DNA of 64,000 nucleotides, taken from positions 388,279-452,278 of the forward strand of contig CAXXJV010000001.1 of assembly GCA_963663475.2 (NCBI GenBank), given 5' to 3'. Source of the DNA: Candidatus Cloacimonadales bacterium (lineage in GTDB: Bacteria; Cloacimonadota; Cloacimonadia; Cloacimonadales; JAFGVF01). The translations under genes and the position numbers were made by a program. The notes beneath the pieces were generated by a model, which saw nothing but the letters and a program-made list of their open reading frames with translations, searched no databases and had not been told where the DNA came from. Below, one piece after another: positions 47,598-55,383 of the stretch (positions within the stretch are counted from its first letter, which is position 1; every line of letters begins with the position of its first letter).

Positions 47598-48424
47598 TGA
47601 AGTTAAAAATCTTACTCCAAAAAGGTCAAGCTCAACTAGCAGACCATAAAATAGAAAATCCTGGTTTAAACATTGGACTTATCTTGCAGGAAGTTACTGG
47701 GATTAAAAGACTATCTATCCCCCTCCACTATGAGGATGAAGTCAACCCCAACCAGATAAAAACTATCACCGAGATGCTAGACAGAAGATGTAAGAATGAA
47801 CCTTTGCAATATATCTTTGGCTATACTGAATTTTACGGACATAAGATTCTTCTCAATCCCCAGGTTTTAATTCCCAGACCAGAAACTGAATACCTAATAG
47901 AAATAATTAAAAATACTCAGCTAAATCCCCAAAGAATATTAGATATTGGAACAGGTTCAGGAGCAATAGCCATTTCTTTGAAAGCCATCTTCCCCCATGC
48001 TCAGGTTGTGGGACTAGATATTTCACTGGAAGCCCTTAAATTAGCTAGAAAGAATGCTCAATTAAATGATCTAGAAATAGATTTTATCCAAGCTGATATC
48101 TATAAAGCTCAATTAGGAAAATTTGATTTGCTTGTCTCTAATCCCCCCTATATCTCTCAAGAAGATTATGCAATTCTACCTGACGAAGTTAAAAGATTTG
48201 AACCTCAATTAGCCCTAGTTGGCCTAGAATCTGGTCTTTATTTTTACAGAAAGATTATCGAAATGAGCCATCTAATCCTAACTGATCAAGGACATATATT
48301 CTTTGAGATTGGTGAAAAACAAGGACTTGAAATTACTAATCTTGCCCAGAAATATAATTTTAAGCAAGTCAACATTATCCCAGATTTAGTTGGTAGAGAC
48401 AGAATTATTAGCATGACAAACTAG
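47597..48424 (+). CDS. prmC: Release-factor glutamine N5-methyltransferase
   Basis: 275 aa with DIGTGSGAIA and the NPPY motif (VSNPPYI). It has a 1-nt overlap with the upstream stop (TAATG). Confidence 0.9.
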   Translation: MKLKILLQKGQAQLADHKIENPGLNIGLILQEVTGIKRLSIPLHYEDEVNPNQIKTITEMLDRRCKNEPLQYIFGYTEFYGHKILLNPQVLIPRPETEYLIEIIKNTQLNPQRILDIGTGSGAIAISLKAIFPHAQVVGLDISLEALKLARKNAQLNDLEIDFIQADIYKAQLGKFDLLVSNPPYISQEDYAILPDEVKRFEPQLALVGLESGLYFYRKIIEMSHLILTDQGHIFFEIGEKQGLEITNLAQKYNFKQVNIIPDLVGRDRIISMTN

Positions 48425-48643
48425 TTGTTCACTATGCAATTCGTGAAATATGGGGATAGACTTCTTTGGCAAGTGACTACCTCTTGTAGTGGTTTGTCTC
48501 AGACAGTTTTAAAAAACTGCCTGTTGCGGACAAGCTAGTCGCATTCCCAGTTAAATTATTGAACTATTCTCAAAAGCCTACTCTACTGTTTGCGATAATT
48601 CTTAACCAAATTTCAATTGACGTAATTTGCCTATATTTATGAA

Positions 48644-50905
48644 ATGACATTGGGAGAAAAAATGAAAACATCACACATAAATATCTGGATATTTGTCTTT
48701 TTAATAATATTTGGTTTATCAGTTCTATCAGCAGAAGAAATAGAAACATTGATAAATACAGGGGAAAAGGAGATTGAAAACTTAGCCCAGCTTAAGGAAA
48801 TACTTTCAATAAATGCAAGTCTTGATGAAAATTTAAAGCAAGTGATTAATTTTGCCGACTCCCTTCTCTTTGACCAAAAAGCAGAAGAATCCCTTAATTT
48901 GCTAAAGGTTGCTCTTGCTGATTCAATATTTGCAGACTATTCTAGCCAAAGGGAGCTTAAGTTTAAAATCTATGATATTTATTCCTACCAGTGGGATTTT
49001 TCTCAATCAATACCCAAAGTACTAGAAATCTTTAAGGCAGATTCTCTCCACAATGATCTAGGCAGTATGGCCCACTCATCTCTCTGGGTAGCAACTACCT
49101 ATTTAGATAATTACGACAATGATAACTGTTTAAAATGGATTAACAAGAGCAAGTACTATGCAAGTCAAGCTGATTCTACTAGAATTTTAGCTTATCTAGC
49201 TATGTTAGAAGGTGATATTGCCTTAGTTAACAATAATACAAGCTTAGCTTTTGAACTCTACAAGCAAGCTGAAGCCTATACCCCTTCTTTTCCAGTTTCC
49301 AACACTGCTGCCCTAATTTACCTTAGTTTAGCTTCAATTTACACTAGTTTAGATCAACAAGATGCTACTGTTGAATATTATTCAAAAACAGCTGAAGTAT
49401 ATAATTCTTTAGAAGATTATGCAGGTGTTTCACTTGCCTATTATAATTTAGCTATTACTTATGGTAATATGAATAATTACCAAAAAGCCTTACATTACTC
49501 CCTGAAAAGTATTGATGTTTGCCTGCAAGAAGAAAACAAATTTGCAATTTCTGATATGCTAGTTTCCTGTTATGCTTTAACTTCACAGCTTTATGAAAGA
49601 TTAGAAGATTGGGAAAACTCTCTCAAATATCTTAAATTATCAGATGAGATAGTTGAAGACAATACTGCTGTTAGTACTAGGATTGAAAAAACAAATCAAT
49701 ACATTCGTTTCTATACTAAATTAGATAATTATGACCAAGCCCTCCACTATGTAAAACTTGGAGATAGCTTAAAAACACAGCAACTTACCCCGTCTAATGA
49801 AAATGATTATCTGATAGCTAGACTTAATTTTTATGAGACTTTTGGAGATTATGAAAAAGCAACTAGTATATCTAAACAGTTAATTACTAACATTAGAAAG
49901 ACAAGCTCTCAAAAAATTTCAGACCTTATTGCTGAACATGAGGCTGATAGGAACATTGACAAAATTAACCAAGAAAAACAAAAATTACTGCTGGATAATA
50001 CTAAGAAAAATCTTACAATAGCTAATCAGTACAAGACTATTTACCTTGTTTTATCACTTATCTTATTAATCTCAACCCTAGCAATTATTATCTATCAAAG
50101 ATATAAATCAAAGACTAAATTAGCAAGTTTACTTAATACAAAAGTTGAAGAGAGAACCAAAGAACTCAAGGAAGCTAATAGCAAACTCTTAGCTGAAATT
50201 GAAGACCACAGAGCAACTACTAATCAGCTCGTCTTTGCTCAAAGACTTACAGGAGTTGGTGAAATAGCTTCTGGCTTAGCCCATGAAATCCGCAATCCAT
50301 TAACTAATATCTTGGCTTCTATTCAGATTCTTAAAACAAAATATGATATTGAAAATGATGAATTTACCAACATAATTATTAGAAATACTCAAAATGCTAA
50401 TACTAGAGTCAATGAACTCCTCAATTACAGTCAGCCTATCGATTTTCATAAAGAAACTATTTCGCTTCACAGACTTATCAACGAAGTAATTAATCTTGCT
50501 AAGGGAAAACTAAATAAAGAAAATATCAAGCTAAACTATTGCAATAATAGCAAGCAAGATCTTGTTTCAGTTGATAAAAAACAAATTTCTACCGTCTTTT
50601 TAAACTTAATATTAAATTCCATAGATGCTATAAAATCGACTGATAAAGAAGGTTTAATTGAAATCACAAGCAGAGATGAATTCAACTTTGTTGTAGTTGA
50701 ATTTACTGATAATGGTTGCGGAATTAAAGCAAATATCATTTCTAAAATTTTCCAGCCTTTCTTCTCTAATAAAAAGGGTGGAACTGGCTTAGGGCTAAAC
50801 TTGGCTCACAAAATCATCCATCAACATGGTGGTCTTATTAGCGTTAATAGTGAAGTTGAAGTAGCAACTACTTTTACTGTGAAATTACTAAATATTAAAT
50901 CCTAA
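48644..50905 (+). CDS. TPR-containing sensor histidine kinase
   Basis: N-terminal TM, TPR-like sensor region, second TM (IYLVLSLILLISTLAIIIY), H-box LAHEIRNPL and ATPase boxes. ATG 48662, preceded by GGGAG, is the likelier start. Confidence 0.85.
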   Translation: MTLGEKMKTSHINIWIFVFLIIFGLSVLSAEEIETLINTGEKEIENLAQLKEILSINASLDENLKQVINFADSLLFDQKAEESLNLLKVALADSIFADYSSQRELKFKIYDIYSYQWDFSQSIPKVLEIFKADSLHNDLGSMAHSSLWVATTYLDNYDNDNCLKWINKSKYYASQADSTRILAYLAMLEGDIALVNNNTSLAFELYKQAEAYTPSFPVSNTAALIYLSLASIYTSLDQQDATVEYYSKTAEVYNSLEDYAGVSLAYYNLAITYGNMNNYQKALHYSLKSIDVCLQEENKFAISDMLVSCYALTSQLYERLEDWENSLKYLKLSDEIVEDNTAVSTRIEKTNQYIRFYTKLDNYDQALHYVKLGDSLKTQQLTPSNENDYLIARLNFYETFGDYEKATSISKQLITNIRKTSSQKISDLIAEHEADRNIDKINQEKQKLLLDNTKKNLTIANQYKTIYLVLSLILLISTLAIIIYQRYKSKTKLASLLNTKVEERTKELKEANSKLLAEIEDHRATTNQLVFAQRLTGVGEIASGLAHEIRNPLTNILASIQILKTKYDIENDEFTNIIIRNTQNANTRVNELLNYSQPIDFHKETISLHRLINEVINLAKGKLNKENIKLNYCNNSKQDLVSVDKKQISTVFLNLILNSIDAIKSTDKEGLIEITSRDEFNFVVVEFTDNGCGIKANIISKIFQPFFSNKKGGTGLGLNLAHKIIHQHGGLISVNSEVEVATTFTVKLLNIKS

Positions 50906-50910
50906 AAAAA

Positions 50911-50929
50911 GAGCCTAAATACTAGGCTC
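50911..50929. terminator. Bidirectional rho-independent terminator between convergent genes
   Basis: GAGCCTA-AATAC-TAGGCTC stem-loop. It is preceded by an A7 run and followed by a T-rich stretch. Confidence 0.6.
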
Positions 50930-50979
50930 TCAAATTTATCTAAATAGTGCAGATTCTGCTACTAGCAAAGGCCTACGCC

Positions 50980-51582
50980 TTATTTAGCTTGTATTTTTAC
51001 TACATAATTTAACATTTGTTTATCTGATTTATGAATATCAGGGCACATCCATTCTTCCAGAATTTCAAACCTAGGCTTGAGTAGTTTAACAATCTGTCTA
51101 TGTTTGTAATAGCTAGAGAATAAGCCCTTATCATCAAAGTCCTGACCACTTCCCTCATATAAAGAGAAAAAGAAAACACCAGTAAATTGAATATTATCAA
51201 TGAATTCCTGTAACTGTTCAAAAGTAAGATGTTGCATTGCTAGATTACAGAAGAGGTGTTTAATCTCATAATCTCTAATAAAAGAATTTACAAAATCAAC
51301 ATCAGAAAAATCTATATAAGCAAAAGGACAGGCAAACCTGCTCCCTATCCATTCATAAAATCCTAGGACATTATCAGAACCTTGAATGCTTCTACCCTGT
51401 CCAAAAATGTAAGTGAGATTATTTCCAGAACCAGATCCAAGCTCCAATATCTTTTCCTTACCATCTACATATTTGAGAAATTTCTCTACCCCTTCCTGAT
51501 GATAATTATTAAAAGTTTGGGCAATATAATCTACACATATTTCATCATATATTTCCATATTTTTATCAATATTTTTTCTCAT
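50980..51582 (-). CDS. Class I SAM-dependent methyltransferase
   Basis: 200 aa with motif I ILELGSGSGNN. Confidence 0.7.
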   Translation of the reverse strand: MRKNIDKNMEIYDEICVDYIAQTFNNYHQEGVEKFLKYVDGKEKILELGSGSGNNLTYIFGQGRSIQGSDNVLGFYEWIGSRFACPFAYIDFSDVDFVNSFIRDYEIKHLFCNLAMQHLTFEQLQEFIDNIQFTGVFFFSLYEGSGQDFDDKGLFSSYYKHRQIVKLLKPRFEILEEWMCPDIHKSDKQMLNYVVKIQAK

Positions 51583-51627
51583 TTTTTATCCTTATTTTTG
51601 CCTGCCAAGATAAGTCTTACTTAACAG

Positions 51628-52872
51628 CTATTTTTTTCCTATGATATCTCTAAAATTAAGAAGTAGATTTAGAACCATTCCTACAAGAGCCGCCAATCCT
51701 AAGCCTTCTAATTCAAAACTTCCATAGGCAAATTTAGCATTTCCTAAACCAATTACTAGCATTGAAGCTGAAATTATTAGTATCTTAGGATTAGAAAAAT
51801 CAACTTTCGCATCAATCATATTTTTGATACCAATTGAAGAAATCATCCCAAATAGTAAGATAGAAATACCACCAATTACTGGTCCTGGTATTACCTTGAT
51901 TAGCTCTGTAAATTTAGGGATGAAAGCTAAGATAATCGCAAACATGGCAGCAAATCTCATAATAATTGGATTGGTATTACCTGTGAGGGCTACAGCTCCA
52001 GTATTTTCACTATAAGTTGTTAAAACAGGTCCCCCCATGGCAGAAGATACACAACTTGCTACACCATCTCCAAATAAAGTTCTGTGAATACCTGGTTTGG
52101 TAAGAAAATCTTTCCCCGCAACATTACCAATAGCCAAAACATCGCCAAAATGCTCAACAATTGCAACTAAAGCAATTGGAACTGTTATTGATAAAGCATT
52201 AATGGAAAATTTTGGACTTGTTAAAGTAGGTAAACCAAACCAGTTAGCTTGCTGAACTGCTGACCAATCTATTAATCCAAAAATAGATGATACAAGAAAA
52301 CCAAAAATTAAGGAAATTAAAACTGGTAGCATGGATAAAAACTTCAAACCAATCTTTTCAAAATAAATTTTAACAAAGACTGATACAGCAAAAGTTGATA
52401 GAGCTAAAAGCCAGCAACCATTGGTTCCGATAGAGCTTTGTAAGTCAGGAGAATTACTTCCATTAGCATTTGCTATGGCAACTGGAGCTAAGATTAAGCC
52501 TATTAAGACAATCATCGGACCAGTTACCCAAGCAGGTAAGATTTTATGTAGAGATTCAATACTAATGAAATTTAATAATAAGCCAACTAACATAAACATA
52601 ACCCCTGCTCCAAAAATACCTCCTAGAGCATAAGCCATTCCACTATTGGCTGAGATGGAAGTTATGGCTGCGATAAAGGCAAAAGAAGATCCTAAATATA
52701 TTGGTACCATATTTTTGGTAATCAGGTGAAAAAGTAAGGTTCCAATACCTGTCGCTAAAAGGGTAGCCCCTATATCCAATCCTGTTAACATTGGCACTAA
52801 AACAGTTGCTCCAAACATAACAAAGGTATGCTGTAAGCCCATTATTACATTTCTACTATTGATGTCTTTCAT
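51628..52872 (-). CDS. Uracil/xanthine permease (NCS2 family)
   Basis: Polytopic protein of about 414 aa with NCS2-like segments. The track start at 52884 is TTG. ATG 52872 follows a GGGAG SD. Confidence 0.8.
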   Translation of the reverse strand: MKDINSRNVIMGLQHTFVMFGATVLVPMLTGLDIGATLLATGIGTLLFHLITKNMVPIYLGSSFAFIAAITSISANSGMAYALGGIFGAGVMFMLVGLLLNFISIESLHKILPAWVTGPMIVLIGLILAPVAIANANGSNSPDLQSSIGTNGCWLLALSTFAVSVFVKIYFEKIGLKFLSMLPVLISLIFGFLVSSIFGLIDWSAVQQANWFGLPTLTSPKFSINALSITVPIALVAIVEHFGDVLAIGNVAGKDFLTKPGIHRTLFGDGVASCVSSAMGGPVLTTYSENTGAVALTGNTNPIIMRFAAMFAIILAFIPKFTELIKVIPGPVIGGISILLFGMISSIGIKNMIDAKVDFSNPKILIISASMLVIGLGNAKFAYGSFELEGLGLAALVGMVLNLLLNFRDIIGKK

Positions 52873-53125
52873 TATTGCTCCCAAATATTTTGTTTTTTAT
52901 TTTTTTGGAATATCTGGAATTCTGTCAATTATTTTCGCTAAAAACTTATGCAAAAATGTGAAAACACCTTACAGGCAAGTCTGAAAAGAAGACTCTTATT
53001 TCTTTACGGTCTATTGGGATTATATTAGGCCTTCATTAGCTTTTCATTAGCTTTAGCCCCAATAAGTCACATGATAGAGACCTTATACAAGGCCATTATA
53101 CATTAGATTGTCAAAGGTCTATTAT

Positions 53126-53213
53126 CCCGAATAGTGCAGTAGAGCTTTAGAGAAGAGTGCCTATTCTTTCAGCAAAATAGTGGTATTCTCAAAGATCTAC
53201 TCCATTATTTGGG
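53126..53213 (+). mobile_element. MITE-like element, short form (88 bp)
   Basis: CCCGAATAGTGCAGTAGAGC...GATCTACTCCATTATTTGGG, flanked by ATTAT (53121-53125 and 53214-53218). Confidence 0.85.
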
Positions 53214-53223
53214 ATTATTAACT

Positions 53224-53685
53224 CTAGTCATCCTTGAACAAAGTTTGTAGCTTCTGGATAATCTGATTATAATGACTTCCTTGCCAATAGACTCTTCCGC
53301 ACTTATGACAAATTTTAAAATCATCATATATTTCAGCTACCTTTGCTGGGATTAGGTGGAGAATCTTAGCCTTGTCAATATCACTTAAAGGGTCATTATC
53401 TTCAGGGCATCTAGCGAATACAGACTCTTGGTCTAAGCTTAGGAAACTTTTTATTTCTGCTAATTGTTGGTCAAGCTGATTACTATGAATATAAATTCTA
53501 GCAAACTCCACAGGATGATTTAGAATTTCTTTACTTCTACTTACCACTATCCTATTTTCTTTCTTAGCCAGTCTTATCAAGTTCAAGAGAGAAATTGATT
53601 TTATTACTTTGGTATCATAACCCAATAATCTTAGCCATTTAGCTAATTTTTGAGCATCAACTGTTAGGATAAATTTCTTTTTCAT
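53224..53685 (-). CDS. Mut7-C RNase-domain (DUF82, PIN-like) protein
   Basis: 153 aa with FILTVDAQKLAKWLRLLGYDT and a C-terminal zinc ribbon (RCPEDN...CHKCGRVYWQGSH). Confidence 0.8.
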   Translation of the reverse strand: MKKKFILTVDAQKLAKWLRLLGYDTKVIKSISLLNLIRLAKKENRIVVSRSKEILNHPVEFARIYIHSNQLDQQLAEIKSFLSLDQESVFARCPEDNDPLSDIDKAKILHLIPAKVAEIYDDFKICHKCGRVYWQGSHYNQIIQKLQTLFKDD

Positions 53686-53691
53686 TTTTGA

Positions 53692-54378
53692 TTAGTCTCT
53701 AGCATTTCTCAAAACAAGTAATCTTACCACCTGCAATAATGCCATTAAAGCAGCAGCAACATAAGTAAGGGCAGCAGCCTTAAGCACCTTCTTAATTCCT
53801 GCCATTTCACTTTCTTCAACGACTAATCCATCACCAAGTTGCTGAAATGCTCTTTGGGAAGCGTTAAATTCAACTGGTAATGTAGCCAATTGGAATAAAA
53901 AAGCTGCCAGAAAAAAGATGATTCCCAGATTCATGAGCATAGGAGTATTGAAAAGAAATCCAATGAAAAATAAAGGTAAAGCTGCACTTGAACCAAACCT
54001 AGCCATTGGGAATATTGAGTGTCTTATCTTAAGAGGAAGATATCCATGGGCATGCTGAATAGCATGACCAACTTCATGAGCAGCGATAGCTAACGCTGAG
54101 ATAGTTTGCCCGTAATAAATATCACTTGAAAGCTTAACTTCTTTTTTTCTAGGGTCATAGTGGTCTGTTAATTCTCCCTCAAGAGCTAAAACTTGCACAT
54201 CATAAATACCATTCTTTTGTAGGATATGCTGAGCAACTTCAGCACCTGTCATACCAATATTGTTTGGTATTTTTTTATATTTACTGTAATTACTTTTTAC
54301 TAAAGAATTAGCCCATAAAGCTAATATTATAGCTGGAATGATTATTATTATGCTAGGATCATAAAAGAACATAATCAT
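53692..54378 (-). CDS. Membrane zinc metallopeptidase (Zn_peptidase_2 family)
   Basis: 228 aa with HEVGHAIQH and flanking TM segments. The start may be the third codon (ATG 54372). Confidence 0.85.
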   Translation of the reverse strand: MIMFFYDPSIIIIIPAIILALWANSLVKSNYSKYKKIPNNIGMTGAEVAQHILQKNGIYDVQVLALEGELTDHYDPRKKEVKLSSDIYYGQTISALAIAAHEVGHAIQHAHGYLPLKIRHSIFPMARFGSSAALPLFFIGFLFNTPMLMNLGIIFFLAAFLFQLATLPVEFNASQRAFQQLGDGLVVEESEMAGIKKVLKAAALTYVAAALMALLQVVRLLVLRNARD

Positions 54379-54402
54379 TTCTCCTTTTTTGTTTTTTTAG
54401 CA

Positions 54403-54431
54403 ATCATAAGAATGCCTTGCTAATTTGTCAA
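54403..54431 (-). promoter_or_regulatory. Sigma70-type promoter of the zinc-metallopeptidase gene
   Basis: On the minus strand: TTGACA (54426-54431), a 17-nt spacer, then TATGAT (54403-54408). This lies about 25 nt upstream of the AAGGAGA SD. Confidence 0.6.
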
Positions 54432-54579
54432 TATATTTTTTTATTTAAACCTAGAAGAGCAGTAGAGACTCTTCAACCATCAAGCCACCTTCTTCAATAG
54501 TTTATCCTTAAAGAAGTCAACAATATTGCCCTTCTTTAGGTTTTCTTGACATTTTATCAGGATTGCTTTTAGTTAAGAT

Positions 54580-54745
54580 TGCCACTTCAGTCGGACGGTG
54601 GAGATTCTCTTCCCACTAAGCCGTAAGCTTAAATCCCAGAGTGATGAAAATATTATAGGCAGTCGTCGCAAGACACTGTTGTTACGGAGACCAATGAAAT
54701 CTTAGTCCTAGAGGAGCGACAATATTCATTTCGCATTTTTATTTA
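54580..54745 (+). ncRNA. Candidate small RNA (unclassified)
   Basis: TTGACA at 54546 lies upstream. The segment is G+C-enriched and contains a bulged GNRA hairpin CAGTCGTC-GCAA-GACACTG (54660-54678). It ends in a weak stem (GCGA..TCGC) plus a T-rich tract. There is no downstream plus-strand gene. Confidence 0.25.
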
Positions 54746-54849
54746 TTTCTATTATGTCTATTATTAGGTGTCTAAAAACTGGCAAAATAAGCTTTAAGCT
54801 AAACCCTCTTTTTATTTTTTTGCTTATAGTAAACATTCGACAAGATCAA

Positions 54850-55170
54850 ATAGAAGTAGCCAGCAGGTTCACTGGCTAGGCCCCGTAACCACTTGGCATC
54901 TGCGTAACCGCGGGCTGGAATCCCGCGACCCAAAGACGGGTATGGCTTCCACTCCATAAAAAAGGTCTCAGAGGAAGAATGGGCAAGTAAGAATGCTTAT
55001 CGACTGGAGCAGACCAGAGTTCCTCAACCGTAGGTAAGGGACTTCGGACTGAGTGTGATGGCATCTTGCCATCAGATTTGTGGAAGCAGGGATGCTTATG
55101 GACTGATGGCATCTTGCCATCAGATTTGTGGAAGCAGGGATGCTTCCACTCCATAGGCCCCGTCTCTCTC
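54850..55170. repeat. GC-rich, highly structured non-coding locus (candidate large ncRNA or mosaic repeat)
   Basis: Local stems at 54859-54876, 54909-54927 (CGCGGG-CTGGAAT-CCCGCG) and 55130-55147 (GGAAGCA-GGGA-TGCTTCC). Shared core at 55020-55053, an internal 48-bp tandem duplication, and repeated 9- and 13-mers. Confidence 0.6.
55057..55152 (+). repeat. Tandem duplication, 2 x 48 bp
   Basis: The first 41 nt of each unit are identical (GATGGCATCTTGCCATCAGATTTGTGGAAGCAGGGATGCTT). Each unit contains the hairpin GATGGCA-TCT-TGCCATC. Confidence 0.9.
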
Positions 55171-55258
55171 TTACCATCCTTAATCCTTCCTTTACAGTCT
55201 TTCGATGAAAGTCCCAGTTTCATCGAAAGACTGTAAAGGAAGGGTAATGGATGGTAAG
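55170..55258. repeat. Hairpin-family repeat, copy 3 (extended)
   Basis: Perfect 26-bp stem 55185-55210 / 55218-55243 with the loop GTCCCAG. It is extended by CTTACCATCC (55170-55179) pairing with GGATGGTAAG (55249-55258). Confidence 0.85.
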
Positions 55259-55270
55259 GGTATTGATAAG

Positions 55271-55328
55271 CCCAAATAATGCAGTAGAAGGTTGAGCTAT
55301 TGCATAAATTCTACTGCACTATTTAGCC
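55271..55328 (-). mobile_element. MITE-like element, mini form, opposite orientation
   Basis: CCCAAATAATGCAGTAGA...TCTACTGCACTATTTAGCC. The termini are the reverse complements of the family ends. One end is degenerate and no clear TSD is visible. Confidence 0.6.
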
Positions 55329-55383
55329 TAAAATTATAAGCTGGCAGAGCCAGCTCACAATTCAAGTATTTTAAAGATGCATA

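Noticed and set aside
54909-54927. T-arm-like stem-loop CGCGGG-CTGGAAT-CCCGCG considered as part of a tRNA or tmRNA.
   Set aside because: I could find no matching acceptor stem, anticodon arm or 3' CCA context on either strand. The loop also deviates from TTCGAAT/TTCRANY.
55057-55152. The tandem repeat considered as a possible CRISPR array.
   Set aside because: There are only two directly abutting 48-bp units with no spacers, and no cas genes lie nearby.
54876-55223. The 115-aa and 69-aa minus-strand ORFs in the ORF track (54876-55223 and 54968-55177).
   Set aside because: They read straight through the 48-bp tandem duplication, giving the repeated peptide HPCFHKSDGKMPS. They also cross the 26-bp hairpin and other repeat modules. 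They have no SD, and their composition is atypical of this genome's proteins. They are best explained as non-coding repeat or RNA sequence.
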